From NCBI GenBank assembly GCA_977017575.1, contig CDRNVI010000023.1:248001-312000 (forward strand): a DNA stretch of 64,000 bases, written 5' to 3'. Shown here piece by piece: positions 1 to 11,031 of the stretch. The position numbers were made by a program, and so were the translations under genes. The stretch is from Paramoeba atlantica. Its lineage: Eukaryota; Protista; Discosea. Position 1 is the stretch's first letter; the number at the start of each line of letters is the position of its first letter. The notes beneath the pieces were generated by a model, which was given only the letters and a program-made list of their open reading frames with translations, made no database searches and was not told the origin of the DNA.

Positions 1-73
1 GCATGCTTCAAGAGGAGTGCAGTTAGCATACGTGAAATTGATATGCACACGTTTTCAGCGCAGTTCTTTCATA

Positions 74-115
74 CAGGGGGTTTTGACCCCCCCCATATTT
101 TCGTGCCACCCCCTG
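74..115. mobile_element. 42-bp Tc1/mariner-type terminal remnant (CAGGGGGT...ACCCCCTG) flanked by TA
   Basis: TA on both sides. Positions 81-115 are near the reverse complement of the TIR starting at 59921 (CAGGGGGTGGCACGAAAATATTGGGGGTCAAAA). Confidence 0.6.
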
Positions 116-306
116 TATCTCCTTCCATATCAATTTTATGTAAGTTAGTGCAAGTGGAATACCCTTGAAAGGAGATCACAACATTTTTGTGAAAAAAATC
201 AATTCAAATTTATTCCACTTCTTATTTATTGAATGACAGTATTTTTCATTGCTTTACCTATTGCACATCCCCTATTGTTCCACTACATAATACTTTGGGA
301 CTATCA

Positions 307-1143
307 ATGATTTTATTCGGACTATTGTCGGATGCGGAAACGCGGATGTCAAAGAGGCGCAAAATAAGTAACCAGAAAGAATTTTCTGTCGAGGAATTAC
401 CCGCAGCATCTCTTCCGAAGGCTAATCCAACATCAGCGTCACGCGTTACGCGGAGGGGGAAAATCAGTTGCATCACATTGCCTCAAGAATATGCGTTAGA
501 AAAATTGGTACTCGGACTAATTACCAAGCCAGAACAGTGGACCGCTGCGACACCTGCTTGTGAGTGGACTGGAATTAAATGCGATGAGAGTGGAAACATT
601 GAAGAGATCCGCTGGGCTTGGAAAGCTCTAAAAGGCTCGTTTGACTTTGAACATATCCCTGCGACCGTCGTAAGATTTGTCGCACGTAGCAGCGGCATCT
701 CGGGAAATGTAAATTTAGAAAATCTTCCTACCGGAAGTTGCCTTCATACGTTAAGACTCGACAACAATGCTCTTAATGGCTCATTAGCTTTGACATCTCT
801 CCCTCAAAGTATAGTGGCGGTCGATTTGTCTCACAACTTTTTAACAGGTTGTATAAGTCTCGTTAATTTGCCCCCTAATTTATCAGAACTGAAACTTTCC
901 TTTAATGACTTTTCAGGACGTTTGACATTGACTGAACTTCCCGCAAATATTGATTCACTTCACTTAAATAACAATAACTTCGAAGGAAGCGTAGATTTGC
1001 ATAATCTCCCACCTCGCATAGGATATCTCCGTTTGCAGGACAACAAACTACTGAGCGGAAAAGTGAGAGTGGCAAAGCTTCCCGTAGTGCTGCTTGACTG
1101 TCTTGCAGGATTATGGTTGGGCACGAAAATATCCCTTGAGTGA
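307..1143 (+). CDS. LRR family protein (LPQEY leader, LRR N-cap, plant-like LRRs)
   Basis: TLPQEY, then W..ATPACEWTGIKCD cap, then repeats LPxxLxxLxLxxNxFxG. Start placed at ATG 307 by similarity to the paralog at 63178 (MILFGLLSDAETRMSKRRKI vs MISRTRLSDVEARPTKKRKI). Confidence 0.85.
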   Translation: MILFGLLSDAETRMSKRRKISNQKEFSVEELPAASLPKANPTSASRVTRRGKISCITLPQEYALEKLVLGLITKPEQWTAATPACEWTGIKCDESGNIEEIRWAWKALKGSFDFEHIPATVVRFVARSSGISGNVNLENLPTGSCLHTLRLDNNALNGSLALTSLPQSIVAVDLSHNFLTGCISLVNLPPNLSELKLSFNDFSGRLTLTELPANIDSLHLNNNNFEGSVDLHNLPPRIGYLRLQDNKLLSGKVRVAKLPVVLLDCLAGLWLGTKISLE

Positions 1144-1166
1144 AGAGAGTGATTTCATTTGCCATA

Positions 1167-1601
1167 CAGGGGGGCACGAAAACTGTTGCACCTGCCATTT
1201 TTGGCTCGTGTGGCCGTTTTGGCTAACTTTTGTTGCATTTTGCAGATCTCAATGTTAATATCATGTTGAAACCACTCTGAATACAAGAGTAAACGGGGCA
1301 GGGTGGTTTTACGGACTCCGAAAACAAGGATTTTAAAGTTTTTGCAAATTTTTTTGGCTATCAAAAAATATCATATTCAACGTTCAGTAGTCAATGGAGC
1401 CACCATTTTTGGCTCGCAGCTCTTGTAATCGAGTTCGGAGGCTCATTACTAATTACCAGCCCTCGTTCAATAGATCATCCTTCGGCTTAACAATGGCGAT
1501 CTTTAGCTCAGACCGATTTTTGGGACGAAGGTGCACGTGGATGTAATCATCGATGATTTCCCACAAAATAGCAGGTGTAGCAGTTTTCATGCCCCCCCCT
1601 G
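1167..1601 (-). mobile_element. Internally deleted Tc1/mariner element (435 bp)
   Basis: About 30-bp TIRs (CAGGGGGGCACGAAAACTGTTGCACCTGC vs CAGGGGGGGCATGAAAACTGCTACACCTGC) with TA on both flanks. The minus strand retains Tc1 C-terminal fragments LWEIIDDYIHVHLRPKNRSELKIAI and RLQELRAKNGGSIDY*. Confidence 0.8.
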
Positions 1602-2081
1602 TATACTACTGTAGGAATCTATACTCATTTTTTTCACTTTTTACCCCCCTTTAATTATTATTATTCTTAATTTGCCAACTTTGACCATGCCCACCCAGGA
1701 CCCAGAGGGGGTGATAGGCAAACAAAGCGCAGGAAACGCTCTAGTTTTTCGAGATCTGTTGAATGCCGAAGGAATTAGATCAAAAGCTCTTGCGGTGTGC
1801 TCTGTAGCCCGGAGGGAAACCAATTCCTGGACTGTATTTTACATTTACATTGGGCTGCGTATGTGCTTTTTTGGTGAAAATAGATATTTTCTCCATAAAT
1901 ACTGCAGAGGTGTGTTAGCATGTAGCGATCTTTTTTTTTTTTTAAATTGAAAATTAATAGATCTTTTTAAAAAATAAAAAGGTGCATAGATAAAAAATGC
2001 ATAGATCATGTAGTCAGCCGGACTTCATTTTGTGATCGATTTAAATCTTACAAATTTATAATATTTTCTGTGAGTACATTC

Positions 2082-2660
2082 ATGGCTGATACCCATCACG
2101 TACACTTAGGAAAGGTCAGTGCAATCCACGCGTTTCCGCCGCAAGAATATGAACTCGCTTTATTCATTGTAGACGTTCAAAATTTGGATTCTTCCTGGAG
2201 TCGTGATACCCCAGCATGTGATTGGAATGGTATTTCCTGTGACACCTTAAAGCAAGTGATTGAGATTTGCTGGGAAGATTTAGGTCTGCGTGGTGCATTG
2301 CACTGGAATCGTCTACCTTCAACAGTAAGGAGAGTAGAACTCGGAATGGGTTTTATTGAACGAGGGAACTATCTATCGGGCAATGTACCATTTGAAGCGT
2401 TGCCACCAGGAATGGTGTACTTGGATTTAGAAAAGAATAAATTCAAGTGCCTCTTTGATGGATCTGGTTTGCCTGGTGCATTAGTTGTGTTAGATTTATC
2501 GAATAACCAATTTTACGGAACTGTTGATTTTTCATTAATTCCTGCATCCATTGAAGTAATTAAGTTAAATGGTAATTCGGATTTACGGGGTGTTTTATCT
2601 AGAGCTTGCGTCCAACAGGCCACCGTCTTTGTGCGAGGTACGAGGATTCGAATAGAGTAG
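2082..2660 (+). CDS. LRR family protein
   Basis: GKV..FPPQEY leader, SWSRDTPACDWNGISCD cap, short LRR array. ATG 2082 is preferred over the GTG at 2070. Confidence 0.85.
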   Translation: MADTHHVHLGKVSAIHAFPPQEYELALFIVDVQNLDSSWSRDTPACDWNGISCDTLKQVIEICWEDLGLRGALHWNRLPSTVRRVELGMGFIERGNYLSGNVPFEALPPGMVYLDLEKNKFKCLFDGSGLPGALVVLDLSNNQFYGTVDFSLIPASIEVIKLNGNSDLRGVLSRACVQQATVFVRGTRIRIE

Positions 2661-3049
2661 TGGGCAACAATATACACGCCCCCTACAGGTCTTGTATTTC
2701 GTCGGCGCACAAATCTGACAAAAATGGTTGGCTGAACCATTTTTTATGGCCTGGGAGCCAGACCCTGGGAGTGGCCATCCAGAAGAGCAAGCCCAGATAC
2801 ATGTAGTACAGGCGGCAGTACAGGATTGTCACCGCCGTGGCGTGCGCCAACTGGGGTGAAGAGGTAAAAAAAGAAATTTGTTTCATATTGTAAATATTCT
2901 GCATCACTCCTTTTTTAATCCCATCTGATCAAATCCCATGTCCTTTTCAAAAAGGAAAAAAGGAAATTTTCTGTACATTTTTACTGTATATTACCCGAAT
3001 TATCATTATCATTATTTGTGATCGAGGATTTTGTTTTCTTCATTTCATC

Positions 3050-5590
3050 ATGTCCACATCTACGCTCAAGTTGAAGGTCAAACGACTGAACGGCGTCGAA
3101 TTCGGCATTGAAACCACCCAAGATACCTTTGTTCGAGAGCTCAAAGCCCAGATCTCACGTGACCACGTCCCGGAGCTATCGCCGGACCAAATACGACTCA
3201 TCACCGCGGGTCGCGTGATGCGTGACCATCTTCGCCTCAGCCAGTTTCACCTCACCAATGGTCACACCCTCCACCTCGTCTCACGCCCTGTCCCCTCCCA
3301 CGAGACCCCCACCCCAAGCCCTACGCCTCAACCCTCAAACCCCGATCCCTCCCCGAATGCCAACGATACCCCCAACCCCACAGAAGCCACAGCTCACATT
3401 TTAATTGGGGAAATTCCCATGTCCAATTTTCTTACGCCCTCCATGGCTTCTTCTTCATCTGCTGCTGCGGCTACGGCTGCGGCTGCACGTAACGTCGGGG
3501 CTACCGGACTACGGCCAACGGGTCGTCGTACCCCTGCGGGGTTGGGAAATACGAGTAGTAGGAGCGGTGCGAGTAATAGTATGTATGGTACGAATCATAC
3601 AAGTACGGCTACGGCTCCTGCTCCTACTCGTATGCCCGTGACGGGGGTCGCGCTGCACCTCCATGTGAACCTGCAGGAGCTGTCGGAGGTGCCGAGGCGG
3701 CTGCAGCAGCTCGCACGGCAGCTGAACTACGTCCCGTTTGTGAATGCCGCAAACGGGAGTCGTCCAGCCACGGGGTACCCCGAGATGGGGGGAAGCGGGG
3801 AGAGGAGGGGAGGGGGGAGAGGAGGAGAAGCGGGGGAGGAGAATCCAGAGAGAAGGTCCGAAGGAGCCTCGTTGTCGGATGAAAATCTGTCAGAGGAGAC
3901 GGGGCAAGAAACGGGGGAAACCCATGAAAATGGGGAAGAGCAAGTCTCGAATACCGGTTCTACGCGCACGGCGAATGTGCGGAATGTGTTGCCGGCGAGT
4001 AGTGGAGTCGCGAGTGGGTTTACCTCTCGTGGACCCCCTTCTGCTCCGTCCTCTGCGTCCTCCGCGTGGGCTGGACCGATTCAACAAATTATACAAACGT
4101 TACTCAGTACGGCCCGTCCGGCAGCAGCAACAGAATCTTCAGCGGACTCCGCAGAACACGTGGACGAAACTTCAGGAGACGACAATGCTGAGAGCTCCGG
4201 GGTTCGAACTGCAGTTGGAGAAGAAGCCACGGAAGAAGCATCGACCACGGGGAGCCGTGCGACGCCGCCGGCGTCCGGGACTTTAACTAATGTGTCCCCC
4301 GCCGAAGGGTCCGTACCTCATTCGGAACCCGACCCCCATGCCGCGCGTGCGCAACATTTCTTCGCCGAGTTGTTACACGCGCTCCCGGGTGTCGCGGATC
4401 TCACCCAGGTGTTTCTCGGTCCCCCGAACGGGGAGCAAACGATCTGGGACCTCTTAGTGACTCAACTCCACCATTTGGTGTTGCGTACACTACGTCGACA
4501 GCCCACAGAGGAGGACCAAGGCCGACTCCATGACCGCCTCCCCCCCGGGACCTCCTTTCTGGTCTACCATATTCTTCGTGCGCTGGAGGGTGCGCTGGTC
4601 TCCCCCTCGCTGGCAACGCTCCAAGAGCACTGCGCTCTTACTACGGGACTCCAATTCAATATTGAGACCCGCCGGGTCGTGTTTTTTATCTGCACTCGGC
4701 TACAGGAGTTCTTTTTAACTCAAACCCCCGTGGAGTCCGATGCCTTCACTCTGCGGGAGTTTGCCTCCGCGCTACGACGAGAGGCCGAGACCTCATTACT
4801 TGCGCTCACGCATTATCTCCACACAAGATGTCTTGTGGAGGTAGGAGGGGGAGGAGGGGGAAGGAACGGGCTGCAGTTGCTACTCACGGCGTGGCTACAG
4901 CAGCTAATGCCGCTGTCACAGCTCAAGGCGGTACGGCCGGAGTTAGCCGCGTTCTGGCCGATGGTCCAGTCCGCTCTTTTTTCCCCTCTCCCGGGGTTGT
5001 ATGAGAGTCTTCGGGCGAATGCCGGTCCAGAGGCGCTGGAAAAGTTAATGAAAGAGATTCGGGCCACAGAGGTGGTGGGGGCATTGCCTCCGCTTCCTCG
5101 GGAAGTCAGTTCCGGATCCGATAGTGCAACGAGTGAGTCATCGAGTGCAACGAAGGACAGAAAGGCGCAGGAAACATTAAACTCACCACGGAAAAAACGA
5201 CGTGGGGAGGGCAGTGCCATAGGAGGTGGGTGGGAGGAAAAAGGGCAAGTGCGTGACGCTCCTTCCGTTTCTGATGTTTTGACGGGTCCTGACGTAGGAT
5301 TTCGGGAAGGTTCTATGGAGGACTTGTTGGAAGACGCATTGAACGCAACTTATACTCCACCAAAGAGCACGACACCCGCAGAGGTGAGTCAAGAGTCAGG
5401 GATAGACACTATGCACAGCGATTCATCAAAGTCTAATACGTCCTCTTCCGTTGAAAAATTTAACCTTCTCTCGCCTTCTACAGTTGAAATGCTTCGCCGT
5501 GACGAAGATATTATAAAGGCCGAAACAGAGGATTCGCAAGAGTCTCCTGTGAGTCTTAGCGAGGGATATTTTGATGCTTTCAAGGAATAA
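3050..5590 (+). CDS. Ubiquitin-like-domain protein, BAG6-like architecture
   Basis: N-terminal UBL (LKLKVKRLNG...QIRLITAGRVMRD..LSQFHLTNGHTLHLVSR), Pro/Ser-rich middle, helical region, basic PRKKRR. The C-terminal LSEGYF resembles BAG6 PLSDAYL. Orthology not established. Confidence 0.6.
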   Translation: MSTSTLKLKVKRLNGVEFGIETTQDTFVRELKAQISRDHVPELSPDQIRLITAGRVMRDHLRLSQFHLTNGHTLHLVSRPVPSHETPTPSPTPQPSNPDPSPNANDTPNPTEATAHILIGEIPMSNFLTPSMASSSSAAAATAAAARNVGATGLRPTGRRTPAGLGNTSSRSGASNSMYGTNHTSTATAPAPTRMPVTGVALHLHVNLQELSEVPRRLQQLARQLNYVPFVNAANGSRPATGYPEMGGSGERRGGGRGGEAGEENPERRSEGASLSDENLSEETGQETGETHENGEEQVSNTGSTRTANVRNVLPASSGVASGFTSRGPPSAPSSASSAWAGPIQQIIQTLLSTARPAAATESSADSAEHVDETSGDDNAESSGVRTAVGEEATEEASTTGSRATPPASGTLTNVSPAEGSVPHSEPDPHAARAQHFFAELLHALPGVADLTQVFLGPPNGEQTIWDLLVTQLHHLVLRTLRRQPTEEDQGRLHDRLPPGTSFLVYHILRALEGALVSPSLATLQEHCALTTGLQFNIETRRVVFFICTRLQEFFLTQTPVESDAFTLREFASALRREAETSLLALTHYLHTRCLVEVGGGGGGRNGLQLLLTAWLQQLMPLSQLKAVRPELAAFWPMVQSALFSPLPGLYESLRANAGPEALEKLMKEIRATEVVGALPPLPREVSSGSDSATSESSSATKDRKAQETLNSPRKKRRGEGSAIGGGWEEKGQVRDAPSVSDVLTGPDVGFREGSMEDLLEDALNATYTPPKSTTPAEVSQESGIDTMHSDSSKSNTSSSVEKFNLLSPSTVEMLRRDEDIIKAETEDSQESPVSLSEGYFDAFKE

Positions 5591-5875
5591 AATCTGTGTA
5601 GGGTATGGCGAGCGCGTTTTCTGCTTTGCTTGCTGGGTAACGGGGGAATCTGCGCACTTACAGTTCCGATCGAATTACGATGTGGTCCTATTGTGTATGA
5701 TAGAAGAACAGCATTGTTTATGTAAACTATAAGAAGCACACGTAGTTGTCACGAAAAATTTTGAACTGCGCAGAAAGCAAGAAAGAATTTTGTGCATTGA
5801 TACTGAAAAATATATGAAATGAGTTACTTGTACTTACTACTTTCTAATAAATAGTAATCTATGCATTCTATCATA

Positions 5876-7048
5876 CTATTTATACCGTTCATTGATACAC
5901 CCTTCGACCAAATGATGCCCTAATTTTGACGTAGACCCCGTTGATCCCATAATTCGATAAATACCATCCTCTGTGGACTTGAATCGGGCGCATACTGTAT
6001 TCTGCAAATCCACTTCAGTTCCCAATACAGTGTCTTTACGCGTTGACCTCGTAGTGATTACTATTCTTTTAACACTGCAAAGCTGGATTTTGGTGGTACA
6101 GTCGACCAACATTTTGGTGATACAGTCGACTCCCCCTTAACAGATCTTGGGTGAAAGATATTGCACTCAAAAGATTCAAGAGGGGCTTCTAGGATCTCCG
6201 CTGTAGAAAAGGCTCCAGCTCTGATGAGCTCTTCAGCTCTTTTACGTGCCGATGTGGGGGGAGCGTTGGCCGGTATGAGCGAGGGGGCCATCGTCTCCGA
6301 TCCCTCCAAATGATTACATCCGCAGTTCCCTTTCCATTTGTTCTTGGGAGAGCTTTTCCTCTGGAAAAAACAGGAAACGCTTGATGCCTAGGAGTAGGTT
6401 CCACGCCAATACTTCGCAGTCCAATACTTCGCGGCTTTTTTTGCGTTATAAATTCACTGGGCACGCGTTCTAATTCACTGGGCCCATGGCTGTATAGGGA
6501 GGTCATCGAGTATGCTTAGTACCATACAAAAAATCTTTTCTCGGATGGAAAAGCTTCTCTGTGTCGGCCAGATTATCAGCCTCATCAGAAAGCTTCAAGG
6601 CCGGCTGAAGAATTTTTTTCCATATATGGAGTGATGAATAATGACCTCCCATATGAGGAATGAGAACAGCCGATGCTTGCTCATGGGTCAGATTCGGATG
6701 GAGCATTGCCAGAGCGCATAGCACGCCATGCGTTGGGCTTTTTGAAAGAAACGTTCGGCTCTACAACCACATCAGAAGAATACCCGTGAAGTGTGAAACG
6801 TCTTTCTAGGGAAGAAGTATCATGCGGAGAAGTTTAAAATAATAAAGTAAGCTTGTTATTCAAAATCTGTAGAGCTTTGATTACTACTCTCCGCACTACA
6901 ACTCTCTGTCAGGGGCAAATTCGGCACTGTTTCGTTCCTCCTGAGACATCTTGAGATACTCCAAACCTCTCTAGGCTCTTTTCAAAGGAATGTGGAGCAC
7001 CTTCTTTAAGGTCTGTTGCACCCAATGGCGTAACCGATCGAATTTAGA
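5876..7048 (-). mobile_element. Degenerate tyrosine-recombinase retroelement relic (YR-like then RT-like fragments)
   Basis: Broken minus-strand ORFs: HGVLCALA...HMGGHYSSLHIW (YR box II-like), followed by EELIRAGAF...IFHPRSV and ARFKSTEDGIYRIMGS (weak RT-like). Confidence 0.35.
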
Positions 7049-7625
7049 TTATAAAGATACAGTTTCTGTACTTTGTTGGTACATTTTCCTTTAGTTCATC
7101 TTTTCTTTCCCCGGCAACGAGCATAGTCTTACTGTTTATATGCCCGTTGCCGGCCGGCGCTAAGGCCGAAACTGTCCCTCCTTCTCGGCGAAGTAGCGGG
7201 CGTGCTTCCACCCCATCACCCCTCCCCGGCTCACTCTTTGAGTGGGTTTTCTTCCCTCCACGGCTTCCTTCCCTTCGCGCCCTTTCCTTCCCGGGGAGCC
7301 ATGCGCCATGGTGGCCTCCCTTGAGCACCACTGGGTGTGGCTCTGCCTCGTCTTATCGCGAGGCAGCGGTCGGTTGCAGTGCGCCCCTCCGGCTGCGTAA
7401 AGAGGTGGTGAGTTGCCTGTACCACCTCTACCGACTGGGACCGAGTCGGTTGCAGTGCGCCCCTCCGGCTGCGTAAAGAGAGGGCGAGTTGCCTGGACCC
7501 CCTCTACCGACAGAGTCCGAGCTAAACCCCCTTGGTGCGACATCCGTCATTACGGATTGTGCCGATGATATCGGCTGTCGCATCAAGGGCTGTATCTCTG
7601 CGCCAATGAGCGCATGAACATCAAA
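7049..7625. repeat. 577-bp dispersed repeat, copy 1
   Basis: Near-identical to 10034-10610. Contains an internal duplication of CGGTTGCAGTGCGCCCCTCCGGCTGCGTAAAGAG. Confidence 0.95.
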
Positions 7626-7905
7626 ATTGATGGAAAATGCTTTTGCAGGAACTCCTGATTTGCAGCACTTGCCCTCCACGTTGATTTATCTCAATCTCTC
7701 AGAAAATAATTTCCACGGGTATGTGATACTAGATTCTCTTCCTGAAAGTATAAGTTTACACTTGAATAATAACAACGCGATCCACGGGAAGATCGAAGAG
7801 AAATTACTTCCTTGAGGTACACACGTCTCAACAATGGGAACCTACGTTACGGTTCATAGACGCCCGAATCACGACAAGATCTCAAAACAGAAGGTACGGT
7901 TCTGA
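7626..7905 (+). pseudogene. 3' fragment of an LRR family gene
   Basis: Collinear with the C-terminus of 8175..8981 (KLLP*GTHV vs EDLPWGAYL, TGA at a Trp position). The 5' part is missing and is replaced by the 577-bp repeat. Confidence 0.8.
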
Positions 7906-8174
7906 ACGACACTAACCTACAGTCAGTAAAAAAAGCCTTTCCAAATGTTTCGAATTTTTTTCTTTTGTATACAGCCATAGATGTACAGCCCTTTCGTACA
8001 GCCATAGATTCAATACTAGTATCAGCGTTGCGCTGGTAATGTGTGCTAGTAGTGTAGGCATGAGTGTTACTTAATAGTACCCATAGTTCATCTCAGTTCG
8101 CTCTACCAAAGGATTAAGAATGAATTAAACAAATAGTCGAAAAAAACACTTTATCACAGTTGATCTTCTGAGAA

Positions 8175-8981
8175 ATGTCAATTATAATGGTTTGGCCTGC
8201 TGATGATTCAACTCAATCACAGGTAAGTATTTCGAGACGTGCGCGTCCTTCTAAAGTCAGGGGTGCTATGCTACCGCAAGAGTACGAGCTAGTCCGACTA
8301 TTTGCAGATGTGAAGAAGCCAGATTCCTCCTGGAATGTCAATACCCCTGCGTGTGAGTGGTACGGAATTAAATGGGAGAATCGATACAGCACACAAGTCT
8401 ACAAAATCAATTTGAAATGGTTTCGCGCTGGGGGTGAACTCCATTTGACGTATCTACCCTACACTGTCACATATTTCCGTGGGGCCACTAATGATTTTAC
8501 TGGTACAGTATGTCTAGATTCACTCCCTCCTTCGCTTGAATACCTGAATCTTGCCACAAATCACTTCACAGGGCCAGTAAATTTGACATCCTTACCACAA
8601 AGTCTTCTTTATCTTTACCTTGAAGAGAACAATTTTTCAGGGGATATTTGCCTTAGTCAATTGCCAAGGCGAATCAGTCACATCTGTCTCAACAATAATA
8701 CTCTGACGGGCAAGCTGGAATTGCAGCATTTACCACCTACGCTGCACTATCTTGGCCTTTCGGCGAATTTATTTCGCGGATATTTAAATTTCGACTCTCT
8801 TCATGGAATTCTGAGTCTCTATCTGGACAACAACGAAGCACTTCACGGAGAACTACGCAAAGAAGACCTCCCGTGGGGTGCGTATCTTTCGGTGAGGGGT
8901 ACTGGTATCACACTGCACCGCCGAAAAGAGCTTGCTTATCCATCGAAAAGAAAAGTACATTTTCCTTGCATGAAACTTTGA
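8175..8981 (+). CDS. LRR family protein
   Basis: RARPSKVRGAMLPQEY leader, SWNVNTPACEWYGI cap, several LRRs. Confidence 0.9.
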   Translation: MSIIMVWPADDSTQSQVSISRRARPSKVRGAMLPQEYELVRLFADVKKPDSSWNVNTPACEWYGIKWENRYSTQVYKINLKWFRAGGELHLTYLPYTVTYFRGATNDFTGTVCLDSLPPSLEYLNLATNHFTGPVNLTSLPQSLLYLYLEENNFSGDICLSQLPRRISHICLNNNTLTGKLELQHLPPTLHYLGLSANLFRGYLNFDSLHGILSLYLDNNEALHGELRKEDLPWGAYLSVRGTGITLHRRKELAYPSKRKVHFPCMKL

Positions 8982-10033
8982 CTGATTTACATGATTTCCT
9001 GAATTGAGTTACTCAGATTAAACGGGGGCCCGGGGTAACATACCTGTAGCACCATAACATACCAGGGCATATGTTACCGGGTGGTATCGTGAACAAGGGG
9101 TAGATAACATACCCACCTCTGAATTAGGTCTCACTACAAAAACTTTCTTCAGCTTCAATTTTGTGCTTATGAAAGGGGGGTAAGGGGGGATGCATATTAA
9201 AGAGGGGGGTCACAGTATAAGTAAGAAACTAATTGCGTACACTGAAAATCAAAAGCTGCAAATTTCATGGATACATTTCTGTTTGATCGCCATCTGACTC
9301 ACTACTTATCAGAAGATCTAATTCATCTCTCTCAAACGAATCTTCCTCATAAGCACCGCTTGTCGGGTGAACTGAAGCAAATTTAGCCTTTTCACGTTCA
9401 GAATTTTTCTTCATTTTTCGGGCTGATTTTTTTCCCGTTTTATAAACTAGTAGGTTCATTTTTAGATTTTTGGTGATTCTTTTATGCCTTGTCAAGGGTG
9501 TGTTAGGTTTTCTTGTCGGCGTGACCTCATATTAAACAAAGTAGCTCTTTAGACCGAGGAAATCGAATGGATCAAAAGTCATAAGCTGGTAGTCCTGAAA
9601 GTTTTGTGCTACAGAAAAGTACACAAGTCGCCCTAACACATGAAACTCATCTAGTCTAATCTAATTTTGCACCCATTTGGCCTTGACAGGCTATGGGTCC
9701 TCTACCGTCCACGCGAGGGGGCTCGACGGCTCGGATGTTACTCCGATGCGTACGGCCGCTCCTTGCGGACCGGCGGGCGAGCCAGCCGTAGCAACCCACG
9801 GCTGGCACTTCACATAGGACGGGAGTCGGAGACGCAGTGAGGCTAGGATGAAACTCATTGTCGCAAAGTGGTGGTGCACCAAAACGTCAACGGAAAGTAT
9901 GGTGCTTCGGGGAATGCTGGTTTGAAGAGGAACGCCGATGATGTCATGCTAAGAATCTTGGAGAACTTACAGACTCATTGCATTCATCTTTAAGTATATT
10001 CTTTAAGTATATTCACCTTTAAGTATATTCATC

Positions 10034-10610
10034 TTACAAAGATACAGTTTCTGTACCTTGTTGGTACATTTTCCTTTAGTTCATCTTTTCTTTCCCCGAC
10101 AACGGGCATAGTCTTACTGTTTATATGCCCGTTGCCGGCCGGCGCTAAGGCCGAAACTGTCCCTCCTTCTCGGCGAAGTAGCGGACGTGCTTCCACCCCA
10201 TCACCCCTCCCCGGCTCACTCTTTGAGTGGGTTTTCTTCCCTCCCCGGCTTCCTTCCCTTCGCGCCCTTTCCTTCCCGGGGAGCCATGCGCCATGGTGGC
10301 CTCCCTTGAGCACCACTGGTCGTGGCTCTGCCTCGTCTTATCGCGAGGCAGCGGTCGGTTGCAGTGCGCCCCTCCGGCTGCGTAAAGAGGTGGTGAGTTG
10401 CCTGTACCACCTCTACCGACTGGGACCGAGTCGGTTGCAGTACGCCCCTCCGGCTGCGTAAAGAGAGGGCGAGTTGCCTGGACCCCCTCTACCGACAGAG
10501 TCCGAGCTAAACCCCCTTGGTGCGACATCCGTCATTACGGATTGTGCCGGTGATATCGGCTGTCGCATCAAGGGCTGTATCTCTGCGCCAACGAGCGCAT
10601 GAACATCAAA
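10034..10610. repeat. 577-bp dispersed repeat, copy 2
   Basis: Same orientation and length as 7049-7625, with few substitutions. Confidence 0.95.
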
Positions 10611-11031
10611 TCAAAGCACATTAGGTGCTTGCTCTATCCAATATTGCGGTGGTTGTAAAACTACGGCTCTACACTCGATTATTGAAAAAAAAGTGAACAA
10701 AAACAGTGAAAATATAGAGGGGAACACAGTAATATAATAGAAGAAAAAAATATAAAAGGGGGCTCCGGTGGACCAAAACTGAAAAAAAAAATTGAAAAAA
10801 ATGGGGGGTCCAGGGGGGGGTCATGGTCGAGCAATTTTTTTCGAAAAAATTAGTTTTCGAAAAAAAACCGCAGAAAGGGTAGCCGGGGTCTTGGCGCGCA
10901 TTTTCCACCCCCCTACCCGGGGGTGACCGCCGCGCGTATCCGCAGGACGGGTCCGCCAAGTTCGGATTTTTTCGGAAAAAAAATTTTGAAAAAAATTTCA
11001 ACTTGGCGAAAAAAATGACAAAAAGAATATT

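Noticed and set aside
229-306. Upstream ORF extensions (229, 2070, 17247, 19872, 51629, 57132)
   Set aside because: These are non-ATG starts or AT/pyrimidine-rich leader-like sequence. Paralog or ortholog similarity begins at downstream ATGs.
7044-7679. ORFs within the 577-bp repeat as genes
   Set aside because: Several frames are open in GC-rich repetitive DNA, with no domain motifs.
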